Assembly (NCBI GenBank): GCA_963662285.2
Contig: CAXXMV010000002.1
Span: 288,001-352,000, forward strand
Source: a bacterium
GTDB lineage: Bacteria; Hinthialibacterota; Hinthialibacteria; Hinthialibacterales; Hinthialibacteraceae
Reading direction: 5' to 3'
Length of the DNA stretch: 64,000 nucleotides
Positions 28,281-38,458 of the stretch are shown one piece after another. The notes below the pieces were generated by a model, which was not told where the DNA came from, made no database searches, and worked only from the letters and a program-made list of their open reading frames with translations. Numbering within the stretch: the stretch's first letter is position 1; each line of letters opens with the position of its first letter. The position numbers and the translations under genes are program-made.

Positions 28281-29746
28281 TCGGAAATCAAAACGAAAAT
28301 CTCAGAAAGTATTCAAATTCATCAACCAATCCGTTAAGCGGATCATGGCGCGTAATCGTTTTGGGAATTTTCAGCGCTATCGGTTATCTGATGATTGCGG
28401 CATGGTCTGGGGATGACCTTCGTCATGGGCAGGTGGATGCCGCAGCTATTACGAAATTCCTTCAAGCATTCGGCCTGCTCTTTATATGTTACTGGCTGCT
28501 AATTTCCCCCCTGGTCAGAGGAAAACGGATGGATCCCCGTCATCTATGGTTTGCGATCGCCTTCGGGCTGCTATTCCGGGCCATACTTCTGCCCACCGAT
28601 TTGATCCTTGAAAATGATATCTACCGCTACATGTGGGATGGTCATACCTCCCGGCAGGGCGTCAATCCTTTCCGCTATGCTCCCTCGGATAACGAAATGG
28701 TTCCCTATCGAACTGAGTATTGGTCTAAGATCAATTATCCCCATATCCCGACTATCTATCCGCCAACCCTTCAATATATCTTCATATCTTCAGACACCAT
28801 CTATCCCGGCAGCGTAACCGGGATGAAATTTTTCCTGCTGGTTTTTGACGTCGGAACCATCTTTATTTTACTGGCCTTATTGGAAGCGCTAAAAAAGCCG
28901 CCGGAGTGGTGCCTGATCTACGCCTGGTCGCCGCTGGTCATCAAGGAGATCGCCAACTCAGGTCACGCGGATGTAGTCAGCGCATTTTGCTTAGCAGCCC
29001 TAATGCTGCTGATAGTGAAAAAGAAACCGATCCGTTCAAGTTTCACATTGGCGGCGTTGTTTTTAACCAAATTCTTCGGAGTTTTGTTTTTACCCCTTTT
29101 TTATCTGACCTGGCGCGTCCGGCATTATGCACTGTTTGGCCTGTTTGTTTTCCTGCTATATCTTCCATTCCTATCTTTGGACGTAAATCCCTTCAAAGGT
29201 TTTCTGACTTATTCAAAGGAATGGCAGTTTAACGCAGGGCTTTATGAGGTATTGCTGAATTTATTTAACCGCGTAGGAGGAAAAGCGGCGGAAAATTCCA
29301 GTATTCTGGCCAGACTCTTTATGTTATCAGTCATTCAAATTACTGTGCTGTGGCAAACCAGCGCTCTTTTATGGCGCAAAAATCAGGTCGATCTTTTTTG
29401 GGCCATGTTTGTGATAACTGCAACCCTTCTACTCTGCTCTCCGGTAATCAATACCTGGTATCTGGTATGGTTGGTTCCCTTTTTCTGCCTGTTCCCCAGC
29501 CGCGCCTGGATCATGTTTAGCGGATTGGCGTTTCTTTCATATACTTATTACTACAACCATTATTTTCCATCATGGGTAAAACTGACCGAATTCGGGATAT
29601 TCTTCTACCTGCTATTTATAGAGGCGGTTCTTCCCAAATTACGATGGGGCGTCATCGGCCCCTGGCCCTCGATTGAAAACGAAACTGAAGCATTAATCGA
29701 AGAGATGACAGAAGCAACAGAACAGAATGATGCTGCGGTGAAATAA
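28277..29746 (+). CDS. GT-C fold polytopic glycosyltransferase (GT87/DUF2029-like)
   Basis: DIYRYMWDG, NPFRYAP, TIYPP, YAWSPL, SGHAD and WYLVW motifs. Confidence 0.8.
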   Translation: MIGNQNENLRKYSNSSTNPLSGSWRVIVLGIFSAIGYLMIAAWSGDDLRHGQVDAAAITKFLQAFGLLFICYWLLISPLVRGKRMDPRHLWFAIAFGLLFRAILLPTDLILENDIYRYMWDGHTSRQGVNPFRYAPSDNEMVPYRTEYWSKINYPHIPTIYPPTLQYIFISSDTIYPGSVTGMKFFLLVFDVGTIFILLALLEALKKPPEWCLIYAWSPLVIKEIANSGHADVVSAFCLAALMLLIVKKKPIRSSFTLAALFLTKFFGVLFLPLFYLTWRVRHYALFGLFVFLLYLPFLSLDVNPFKGFLTYSKEWQFNAGLYEVLLNLFNRVGGKAAENSSILARLFMLSVIQITVLWQTSALLWRKNQVDLFWAMFVITATLLLCSPVINTWYLVWLVPFFCLFPSRAWIMFSGLAFLSYTYYYNHYFPSWVKLTEFGIFFYLLFIEAVLPKLRWGVIGPWPSIENETEALIEEMTEATEQNDAAVK

Positions 29747-29750
29747 CCTA

Positions 29751-29927
29751 TCAATCCAGCTGATCCCAAGTGAAATAGCGTGAACTGGCTACATAGCGGT
29801 CTTTGCTTTTCTTAACCACAACCTTCTTAACCATAAATTTCTTGAATCGTTCGGCGAACCAACCCCAGCGCCCCAGGGTTATCATCACCAGCCGTAATGC
29901 TATAAGTTTGATTGACGTCATGCGCAT
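29751..29927 (-). CDS. Small basic hypothetical protein (58 aa; below the ORF-track cutoff)
   Basis: Manual translation MRMTSIKLIALRLVMITLGRWGWFAERFKKFMVKKVVVKKSKDRYVASSRYFTWDQLD; fills the gap and ends 4 bp from the convergent gene. Confidence 0.5.
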   Translation of the reverse strand: MRMTSIKLIALRLVMITLGRWGWFAERFKKFMVKKVVVKKSKDRYVASSRYFTWDQLD

Positions 29928-30036
29928 AATTCATATCTCAACATATCTGTTATAAATAAATGGCGCGAAAGTTTATCTCACGCGCCATCATCTTAATTCA
30001 AATTCCACAACAAACTACCTCAAAAACCACTAAATC

Positions 30037-30717
30037 CTATTTCTTCTTTTCATTGGTATGTGATTTTAATGTGCTGACGCCTTTGAATGACTTTGTGCGG
30101 TTGGGGTCTTGCCCAGGAGGCGAGAAACGAAATTCCTCTTTAACGAATCCATTCACATCGGGGTGATACCAATACAAATATTTCATTACGATGCTGAATT
30201 CAGGGGGGATTGATACGGTTACGGTTGCATCGACTTTAACGCAATCCTTGAATTTTCCGGCGGGAACTTCAATTGTCTCTTTGTTAATACATTTGACATT
30301 CCAATTAAAATGGTAGGATTTGCCGTTATCAGAAATTTCAGATTTGTAGTTTTTCTCTTCTCCCGGTTTCAAATCCATATAATCCAATTTCACCGGAGGG
30401 GTGAATTCCAGCATTTGAGGACCGGCATCCACCTGATGGATCAACCGTTTGGCGCAGATGAACATTTTAGAAGTTGCGCTATCGTCGGCGCCCCATTTTT
30501 CTGACAATATCCACCGCGTTTCGCCTTTTTCCTTAGTGGTTGAGAGGATTTCACGGGTCCGGTCTCCGTTTACTGGTTGGCCGATACTTCCGGAAGAGCG
30601 GCTTCCAACATGTTTATAGACCCATTTCTCACCTACGGTGAATTCATCCGCCATAGCACAGTTCATAAAAATAATGCAGCATACAATCGCAAGCAAAACG
30701 CTGAATCCTCTTGGCAT
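30037..30717 (-). CDS. Secreted hypothetical protein
   Basis: Signal peptide; ETIEVPAGKFKDCVKV...WYHPDVNGFVK pattern. Confidence 0.65.
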   Translation of the reverse strand: MPRGFSVLLAIVCCIIFMNCAMADEFTVGEKWVYKHVGSRSSGSIGQPVNGDRTREILSTTKEKGETRWILSEKWGADDSATSKMFICAKRLIHQVDAGPQMLEFTPPVKLDYMDLKPGEEKNYKSEISDNGKSYHFNWNVKCINKETIEVPAGKFKDCVKVDATVTVSIPPEFSIVMKYLYWYHPDVNGFVKEEFRFSPPGQDPNRTKSFKGVSTLKSHTNEKKK

Positions 30718-30846
30718 TGTTCTCTCCTCTAAATATTGTGTTTATAATTAAAGTACAACATACTCTTTCTTTTATTTGCTTCTTAAGTCATTATTACCAT
30801 AATTATTAGAACCATAATAATCATAAAAAACTAGAGGAATGATGAC

Positions 30847-32544
30847 ATGACTATTCAAAATTTGTCTCCTGAAGAACAACAATGGGTGGATGCTACCCTT
30901 GCCGGACTAACTCTGGAACAAAAAGTGGGACAAGTTTTTTGCCCATATATGATGAATGAACGCTTAAATCTTGAGGAGCAGATTGATGAATACGCTAATA
31001 GGGTGAAGCAAGAAACCGAGACTTTCGCTCCTGGCGGCTATTACATAAATCGTCACTACATACCAACTACAACCGCAATTTTGAATAATATCAAAAAAAT
31101 ATCGCCTGTCCCTCCTATGATCTGCTCTGATATGGAATCAGGCGCCGGAGGCGGTTTGGGTGGGGTTGTGGCGCCCGACCTGGTTACCTTTCCTCCCGCT
31201 ATGGGCATCGGCGCAACCGGTTCAGAACAATACGCTTATCAAGCCGGGCGTTGTACTGGTTGGCAGGCGCGTATGATCGGGGTGCATTTCGTATTCGCTC
31301 CAAGCCTGGACGTTAATATTAATCCCGATAATCCAATCATAAACATCCGCTCGTTCGGTGAAGACCCTGAATTGGTCTCGCGTCTGGGCAGCGCCTTTAT
31401 CCGTGGATTGCAGGATGGCGGCGTGGCGGCGTCGGCCAAGCATTTCCCCGGGCATGGAGACGCCGCAGAAGATTCGCATCTTCTACTGAGCACTATTACC
31501 GCAGACCGTGACCGTTTGAATAAAGTAGAACTATACCCCTACCTCCGTGCTATTAATAATGCGGATGTGTATTCTATCATGACTGCTCATCTGGCTGTTC
31601 CGGCTTTGGAATCAAATCCAAAATTACCGGCCACCTTATCTTCCATAATTTTACATGACCTCTTACGCGAGGAGATGGGTTTCACTGGTCTTATCGTAAC
31701 CGATGCAATGCTGATGGGCGGCGTAACCACCTTGTATGAAGCTGGAGAAGCGGCTGTGCGGGCGTTTCAAGCCGGGGCTGATTGGATCCTAATGTCTCCT
31801 GATATGAAGAGCGCTTATTCTGCGGTTCTAAAAGCAGTTCAGTCTAATGAAATTTCAGAAGAACGTCTCCATGAATCGGTTGTCAGAGTCTTGTCTCTCA
31901 AAGCTAAACTGGGTCTGCATGAAGAAGAGAACATCGATCTAAATGGATTGAGCGAGTTGCATGATTTGAACCATTATCCTACCAAGGTCAGTTACGCCAT
32001 GTGCGACAGCGCTGTAACTGTGGTTAAAAATGAAAATAATATCCTTCCCCTAAGCGGCGTAGAATCAATGACCGCTCTGCTTTTGTCTGACACGGAAGAA
32101 AAATGTTCTGACAGTGGAGAAAGTTTCTTCGAAGAATTAAGCATGAGAATGGATACGGATATTTCTTGCGCATCGCTTGATCCGGGGATGGATCAAGAGC
32201 AGATTGATTCAATCAACCATATAGTCGAGCACTCAGACGTGTTGTTGGTAGGATTGGTGATTCAGGTGTTGCCCGAAAAAGACAGCGTTGAAATTCCTGA
32301 GGAGTACGCCAGGATCATTGATGCAGCAATCAAAGCCAACAAGCAGGTTATTATGGTTTCATTCGGTAACCCATATATTCTGCGCCGTTTTCCGGATGTT
32401 ACGGCTTATCTATGCGCTTATAGTTATTTTCAGCCTATGGTAAACAGCGTTGTTGACATCCTGTTTGGTGAACGAATCCCTTATGGTAAACTTCCGGTCA
32501 GCATCCCCGGCGTCTGTCCAGCGGGAACCGGATTAACTTATTAG
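30847..32544 (+). CDS. GH3 beta-N-acetylhexosaminidase (NagZ-type)
   Basis: RSFGEDP, KHFPGHGD...DSH and IVTDAM motifs; C-terminal GH3 domain. Confidence 0.9.
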   Translation: MTIQNLSPEEQQWVDATLAGLTLEQKVGQVFCPYMMNERLNLEEQIDEYANRVKQETETFAPGGYYINRHYIPTTTAILNNIKKISPVPPMICSDMESGAGGGLGGVVAPDLVTFPPAMGIGATGSEQYAYQAGRCTGWQARMIGVHFVFAPSLDVNINPDNPIINIRSFGEDPELVSRLGSAFIRGLQDGGVAASAKHFPGHGDAAEDSHLLLSTITADRDRLNKVELYPYLRAINNADVYSIMTAHLAVPALESNPKLPATLSSIILHDLLREEMGFTGLIVTDAMLMGGVTTLYEAGEAAVRAFQAGADWILMSPDMKSAYSAVLKAVQSNEISEERLHESVVRVLSLKAKLGLHEEENIDLNGLSELHDLNHYPTKVSYAMCDSAVTVVKNENNILPLSGVESMTALLLSDTEEKCSDSGESFFEELSMRMDTDISCASLDPGMDQEQIDSINHIVEHSDVLLVGLVIQVLPEKDSVEIPEEYARIIDAAIKANKQVIMVSFGNPYILRRFPDVTAYLCAYSYFQPMVNSVVDILFGERIPYGKLPVSIPGVCPAGTGLTY

Positions 32545-32642
32545 AACTGTATATGATGACTGTATTGTTACATTTTGTGATTGGTTACGTTGATAATCTT
32601 GTGATTTATTAAAAATACTAAATTTATGTAAAAGGAAAAAAA

Positions 32643-34826
32643 GTGATTCTGCGTAATATTATAAAACGATTATTCCTGGCTTCGACGTTTGCAGTAATCC
32701 TGTTAATTTCTGGAGTTTATGCTGAAGATTCTCCAAAGGCGTCTGCAGAGCATACGGCTCAACCTGCTATCGAGGATTTGCTCAAACGGCTTCCACCAAA
32801 GCATCCTAAACTTTTCTTTAGGCCCGAGACCATTGGCGACTACCGCATAAAACTTGAAACTAAATTTTCTGACTACCGGCAGATTTTTTTGGAAAATGCT
32901 GAACGACGGTTGAAGGATGCGGTTGGTGAAGTTAAATTCAAAGCAACTGGTTCGAATGAATCCATTCTGGAAAATATCAAATTAAGACAGGATAACCATC
33001 AGATAGTTACTAATGCCGTCGATCATGCCTGTAATCTTGCTTTCGCCTACATGCTTAATGGCGAAAAGCGATTCGGCGTCCGGGCCAGTGAATGGATCAT
33101 GTCGGTTATGGACTGGCCCGCCGATGGCGCGACATCATTCAAAAATGATGATGAAGCGGCAATGAACATTCTAAGCGGCATATCCCGCGCTTATACCTGG
33201 GCTTATGGCGCGCTGAAAGGCGAAGAACGCGATGTTATAATCAAAACTATGTCCCAGAGGGGCGCCGAGGTTTATGCTGTTTTGCGTGATAAAGACAATC
33301 TTTCACCATCCTCTAATGCATGGCATCACCTTGGCGAAACCGCCATCGTATTTATCGATGATATCCCCGAAGCGCACGCTTGGCTTGAATACGCCATGGA
33401 TGTTTTCTACAAGAATTATCCCGTCTTGGGAGATCAAGAAGGCGGCTGGCATGACGGCATCGCCTATTGGAATAAAGATATAACCGCTCTTTCCTGGTGG
33501 ATGGATATCATGAAATCCGCCTTGAATATCGACGGGTATAAAAATTCCTATTTAAGCCATGCGGGAGATTTCCCGCTTTATGTATGCCCCAATGGAAGCG
33601 AGTTCGGCTTTGGCGATGATTCAGATATCTTCTCATCATCCGAACTGAGTCCGCTAATGCATGTTCTGGCTGAACGGGTAGGCAATCCATATTGGAAATG
33701 GTTCGCCATGCAATCTTTCAAGCCAGACAGGTTTAATAATCCCGACTATCGCGACATGCTGCGATTACCGGAGTCTTCGATTTCTCCAGTTGATCCAAAT
33801 AAAAAACTTCCTGATTCGAAGATATTTCATGACGTAGGTATCGCATCACTGCATGTTGAGCCGTTCAAGGCTAGCGACGATGTTCATGTGCTGTTCAAAA
33901 GCAGCCCACTGGGAACTCAAAGCCACGGCTTCAATGCGCAGAATTCGTTTCTGCTCTGGGCTTTCGGTAAACCATTGCTGACCTGGTCGGGGCATCGCGA
34001 CTGGCAGGGCAGCCGCCATCAACAGGATTGGATGTGGGAAACATTCTCTGACAATTGCATAACCATCAATGGCCAAGGGCAGAAAAAACATTCGCCTGAC
34101 GCGCGCGGTAAGATAATTGCTGAATGGCTCAGTCCTGACTTTGATTATGTCGCGGGCGACGCAACCGAAGCCTATGAGGGGCGCTTAAATAAATTTGTAC
34201 GTCATATAATGTTTGTGAAGCCGCGTATTGTGATCATGCTGGACGAGTTGCAGGCGCCCCAGCCCTCAACCTTTCAATATCACTTGAACGCGCCCAACAA
34301 ATTTTCCATCAAAGCGCAATACGAAATCGAAACCAAAAACGATGCGGCTACAGCGCGGATTATGTTCGCAACGCCGGATAACCTTAAGATCACTCAAACC
34401 TCAGGTCCGAACCCGCCATCAATAGGATTCGACCAGACCCAATGGCGGCTTACCGCTGAAACGCCGGATAAAGTTAAAGATACCAGTTTCCTAACTATGC
34501 TTCGACCATATCCGTCAGGCAAGTTGCTTATCGCAAAAATGGAAAACGCCCGGCGTCAAAAAACCAACCTTTGTTTTTATGCTGTAGATTCACATAGACT
34601 GCTTATGGTTCATAATCCAACCCGAGAGATATTCACCTATGGTTCTATTGAGTCGGACTCAGGATTCCTGCTGATGATGAGCTGGGGTGATAGAGAAGAA
34701 GAAGCCTACTTGTTCGTTACTGATGCGACGACAGTTAAAACAGGTCAATACACCATCTTCGAGTCAAAAAAACGCGAACCATTTTTCGTGAAATGGAAAG
34801 ACATTATGGATAAAATCCCGAAGTAA
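32643..34826 (+). CDS. Heparinase II/III-like (DUF4962) polysaccharide lyase
   Basis: HPKLFF, GGWHDGIAYW, FGDD, SHGFNAQNSF and NCITING motifs; signal peptide. Confidence 0.75.
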   Translation: MILRNIIKRLFLASTFAVILLISGVYAEDSPKASAEHTAQPAIEDLLKRLPPKHPKLFFRPETIGDYRIKLETKFSDYRQIFLENAERRLKDAVGEVKFKATGSNESILENIKLRQDNHQIVTNAVDHACNLAFAYMLNGEKRFGVRASEWIMSVMDWPADGATSFKNDDEAAMNILSGISRAYTWAYGALKGEERDVIIKTMSQRGAEVYAVLRDKDNLSPSSNAWHHLGETAIVFIDDIPEAHAWLEYAMDVFYKNYPVLGDQEGGWHDGIAYWNKDITALSWWMDIMKSALNIDGYKNSYLSHAGDFPLYVCPNGSEFGFGDDSDIFSSSELSPLMHVLAERVGNPYWKWFAMQSFKPDRFNNPDYRDMLRLPESSISPVDPNKKLPDSKIFHDVGIASLHVEPFKASDDVHVLFKSSPLGTQSHGFNAQNSFLLWAFGKPLLTWSGHRDWQGSRHQQDWMWETFSDNCITINGQGQKKHSPDARGKIIAEWLSPDFDYVAGDATEAYEGRLNKFVRHIMFVKPRIVIMLDELQAPQPSTFQYHLNAPNKFSIKAQYEIETKNDAATARIMFATPDNLKITQTSGPNPPSIGFDQTQWRLTAETPDKVKDTSFLTMLRPYPSGKLLIAKMENARRQKTNLCFYAVDSHRLLMVHNPTREIFTYGSIESDSGFLLMMSWGDREEEAYLFVTDATTVKTGQYTIFESKKREPFFVKWKDIMDKIPK

Positions 34827-34924
34827 AATAAATGGATGGATCTGAAATTATGGGTTTGAATGCATTGTTGGATTAAGATAAAGGGATCATTGATAAAGAA
34901 TCCTCAGTTTTCAGGAGTTTGTAA

Positions 34925-36390
34925 ATGACCCTCGAGCGAACGCAAGAGTATCTTCAAGGATTAATCAACGAATTCCTGAAACTACCTTGTGAAACAGAAT
35001 GGATAGAGTTTAAAAAAATAATTCGAATCCAGATGAACTTGGAGAATATATCTCCGCCCTTTCAAATTCAGCAGCTTTGTGCGGCAAGGCGAACGCTTAT
35101 ATGATTTGGGGTATAGATGATTCTACACATGAGATCAAGGGAACGACTTTTAATCCTGCAACTACTAAAAAGGGCGGCGAAGAATTAGAAAACTGGCTGT
35201 TAAATCTTCTGCATCCCAAAATCCATTTCCGGTTTTTCACAGTAAATTTTGATAAGAAAAACGTAGTACTACTGGAAATCGAAAGCGCCTTTCGTCATCC
35301 CGTACGATTCAAAACCGAGGAATTTATTCGAGTTGGTTCGTATAAAAAGCAACTCAAGAAACTTCCAGAGAAAGAGCGGGAATTGTGGAGAATCTTTGAT
35401 CAGGTCCCTTTTGAAAAACAGATTGCAGAAGAAAATCTTTCTGCTGAAGACGTCAGAAGACTGATTGATTATCCAGCGTTTTTTGAGTTACTCAATCTCC
35501 CATTGCCTGATAACGGTCAAAGCATAATCAGTGCTTTGGCTAATGAAGAAATTATTAACCAGGCAGATAACGGGAAATGGTGTATCACGAATTTGGGAGC
35601 TATTCTTTTTGCGAAAGCATTGGATAAATTTCATTCTCTCAAACGTAAATCAGTTCGTTTAGTTCTTTATAAAGGTAATAGCCGGATACAAACCATTCGA
35701 GAACTTGAAGGCAATATAGGTTATGCAATAGGCTTTGAAAAATTGATTGATCATATAACTACCATTCTTCCATCAAATGAGGTAATCGGAAAGGCATTAC
35801 GTAAAAATGTACCAATGTATCCTGAACTGGCGATTCGCGAACTCGTAGCTAATGCCATTATCCATCAAGACTTTTTCATTAGAGGAGCGGGGCCAATAAT
35901 TGAAATATTCGACAAAAGAATGGAAATCACCAATCCAGGAAAACCTCTTGTCGATATCAAACGGTTTTTAGATTCGCCTCCCCGTTCCCGAAACGAATCT
36001 ATTGCGTCTATGATGCGCAGAATTGGTATTTGTGAAGAAAGAGGCAGCGGCATCGACAAAGTTGTATCAGAAACCGAACTTTATCAAATTCCGGCGCCCG
36101 TATTCGAAACCGTAGAAGACAATACGCGTTCTATCCTATTCGCCCATCAACCCTTTAACCAAATGAATAAAGAAAGCCGGATTCATGCTTGCTATCTTCA
36201 TTCCTGCTTGAAATACGTAAACCGAGATTTCATGACTAATACAACGTTACGCGACCGTTTTGGAATAGAATCCAAGAATAGCGCGACTGCTTCAAGAATT
36301 ATTAAAGATACACAGGATGCGGATTTGATCCGGTTATACGATCCCAGCGTGAAAGGGAAATACTCAAAGTACATCCCTTTCTGGGCTTGA
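34925..36390 (+). CDS. Schlafen/AlbA_2 + HATPase_c_4 + wHTH protein (paralog 2), split by a -1 frameshift at A7 (35012-35018)
   Basis: ATG 34925 frame gives MTLERTQEYLQGLINEFLKLPCETEWIEFKK; the -1 frame continues NNSNPDELGEYISALSNSAALCGK into ORF 35077-36390, collinear with paralog 1. Confidence 0.8.
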
Positions 36391-36406
36391 TCTATTGTTC
36401 AGTTTT

Positions 36407-36540
36407 TTATTTGACGGCCATTTGATAAATGATGCCTAGAGAAGGTCTCCTTGACAAATAGCAAATCATTTAATACCTGTAATTAATAGACTTACGTATT
36501 TAATGGAATTCAGATTCTTATTTGATGGCCATTTGATAAA
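36407..36540 (+). repeat. 23-bp direct repeat pair 3' of AlbA_2 paralog 2
   Basis: TTATTTGACGGCCATTTGATAAA (36407-36429) and TTATTTGATGGCCATTTGATAAA (36518-36540). Confidence 0.85.
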
Positions 36541-36637
36541 ACAGCCCACCAGAGCCACTGATTATTTTAGAGTTTTTTTGATTGGGTAATTGTCACTCAC
36601 CACGAAAACTATTTTCATAGAACTACTGCTATACTAC

Positions 36638-37999
36638 CTAAACCATCAAGAAAATAATCCAAGCCGTAATCCCTGCCGCTACGCCTTCGCAGACGCTGCC
36701 CAGCGATTGTAATTTGTATCCTGTGGTTACATCCATTTTAGAAAATTGGGTAACCACCCAGAAATAACTGTCATTGGCATGAGATACGAACATGGAACCG
36801 GCGCCGATCATAACCACCACTAAAGCCAGTTGAGATGGCGCGTCGAATCCCAGCGACGACGCCAAAGGCTGGATGATGGCGGCGGTGGTGGTGATGGCTA
36901 CAGTAGATGATCCCTGAGCGGTTTTTATACCGCAGGCGATTATGAACGGCAGCCATATACCAATGTTCATATCCGCCAGGGGGCCGCCAATAGCGTCTGC
37001 GATGCCGGAGTTTTGCAGAACTTTACCAAAAGCCCCGCCTGCTCCGGTAATCAATATTATTATTGCGGCGTTGGATAATGCTTCCCCGACCCAGCCAGTA
37101 GTGGAGAGCATTTGCGCCTCAAGTTTCTTTGGTAACAGAAAAGCCAGTAAAACCCCAATCGTTAATGCTACCACCGGGCTGCCGATGAATCCAATCACGT
37201 TAAGATTAACCAGATTAAAATGTAAATTGAGATTAATAGACTCTACCAGGTTTTCGGGTAAAGACTTAGCAATAGCGTTTATAACTATAAGCAGCATAGG
37301 CGCCAGAATAGGGATAAATGATCTAAAGGCATTCGGAGCTTGCTTGATCTTCTCTTTGATCTGTTCTTCAGTTACATCAGGAGCAGGATCGATGTAAACG
37401 CGCGAAGCGACTGTGATAGCGAACAACCATCCAACTAATAAAGCGATGGCGCTGACAATAACGCCATAGAGGATGACTAATCCCAAATCGGCCCCCAATA
37501 TTCCCGCCGCAGCGATAGGACCCGGTGTGGGTGGAACCATGGCGTGGGTGGCGTAAAGACCAAGGCTCAAGGCGATGGCGCATGACGCCAGGGTTATCCC
37601 CGCCCGTTTGGCCAGCGCCTTCATCAGCGGCGAGAGAATAACAAAACCTGAATCGCAGAATACCGGGATAGAAACAATGTAACCTACAATTGCCATAGCC
37701 AGCGGAACATTCTTTTTGCCAGTCAATTTCAAGACGCTCTCCGCCATAGTGAACGCGCCGCCGGATTTCTCGAGAAAGACGCCGATAATGGTTCCAGCGA
37801 CAATGACGATGCCGATGTATCCCAAGATGCCGCCAAAACCATCATTGACCGATTTAACGATCTCAGCTAAAGGCATTCCGGACAGCAAGCCGAATCCAAA
37901 AGCAGCGAAAAGCAACGACAAAAATGGATGTAATTTCAACTTGGCGGTGGTTATGATGATGAACAAAACGGAAATTAAGAGATAGATTAGCAATGACAT
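36638..37999 (-). CDS. GntP family permease
   Basis: KLHPFLSL, IPVFCDSGFVIL, PPTPGP, AQGSSTVA and SHANDSYFWV motifs. Confidence 0.9.
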   Translation of the reverse strand: MSLLIYLLISVLFIIITTAKLKLHPFLSLLFAAFGFGLLSGMPLAEIVKSVNDGFGGILGYIGIVIVAGTIIGVFLEKSGGAFTMAESVLKLTGKKNVPLAMAIVGYIVSIPVFCDSGFVILSPLMKALAKRAGITLASCAIALSLGLYATHAMVPPTPGPIAAAGILGADLGLVILYGVIVSAIALLVGWLFAITVASRVYIDPAPDVTEEQIKEKIKQAPNAFRSFIPILAPMLLIVINAIAKSLPENLVESINLNLHFNLVNLNVIGFIGSPVVALTIGVLLAFLLPKKLEAQMLSTTGWVGEALSNAAIIILITGAGGAFGKVLQNSGIADAIGGPLADMNIGIWLPFIIACGIKTAQGSSTVAITTTAAIIQPLASSLGFDAPSQLALVVVMIGAGSMFVSHANDSYFWVVTQFSKMDVTTGYKLQSLGSVCEGVAAGITAWIIFLMV

Positions 38000-38163
38000 A
38001 GAATATTTCCCCGCAAAATATTTTTTTCGGATTCTACAAACCACTACAATTATCCAAAAGGATCAAGTTATCGCAAGGGTGATCAATAGGGATTTTATTT
38101 TACAAGAGAGAATTGTGAGACTATGGAGGGATTTAGGCTTAGCAAAAGAATCTATCTTGGTCT

Positions 38164-38373
38164 TCAGGGATAGTAGTCGTCATCATCGTCGCTGTAAAAT
38201 TCTCTGGATATCCAGCGCAATCCCCAAATGTCGCCGCAGGTAAAAGCGATGCAACCCAGGATGAGCCATATATTAAAGAAACCCCAATAGAAATGCGCAA
38301 AAAGAACATAGACCGCTATGTAGAATCCAATGGCGACCGCAGAACATTTTATCCATTCTTTTTTATCGTGCAT
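38164..38373 (-). CDS. Small two-TM membrane protein
   Basis: Two hydrophobic segments and an acidic tail; SD AGGA. Confidence 0.5.
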   Translation of the reverse strand: MHDKKEWIKCSAVAIGFYIAVYVLFAHFYWGFFNIWLILGCIAFTCGDIWGLRWISREFYSDDDDDYYP

Positions 38374-38458
38374 GATCGTTTTCCTACAAAATATTCTACA
38401 TCATAAATATTATGCGGCTAGTACCTTTTGTGGAGCAACAAAACAAATTATTCTTCGT

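Noticed and set aside
36407-36540. Mini CRISPR array
   Set aside because: Only two repeats with an 88-bp spacer, and no cas genes or leader.
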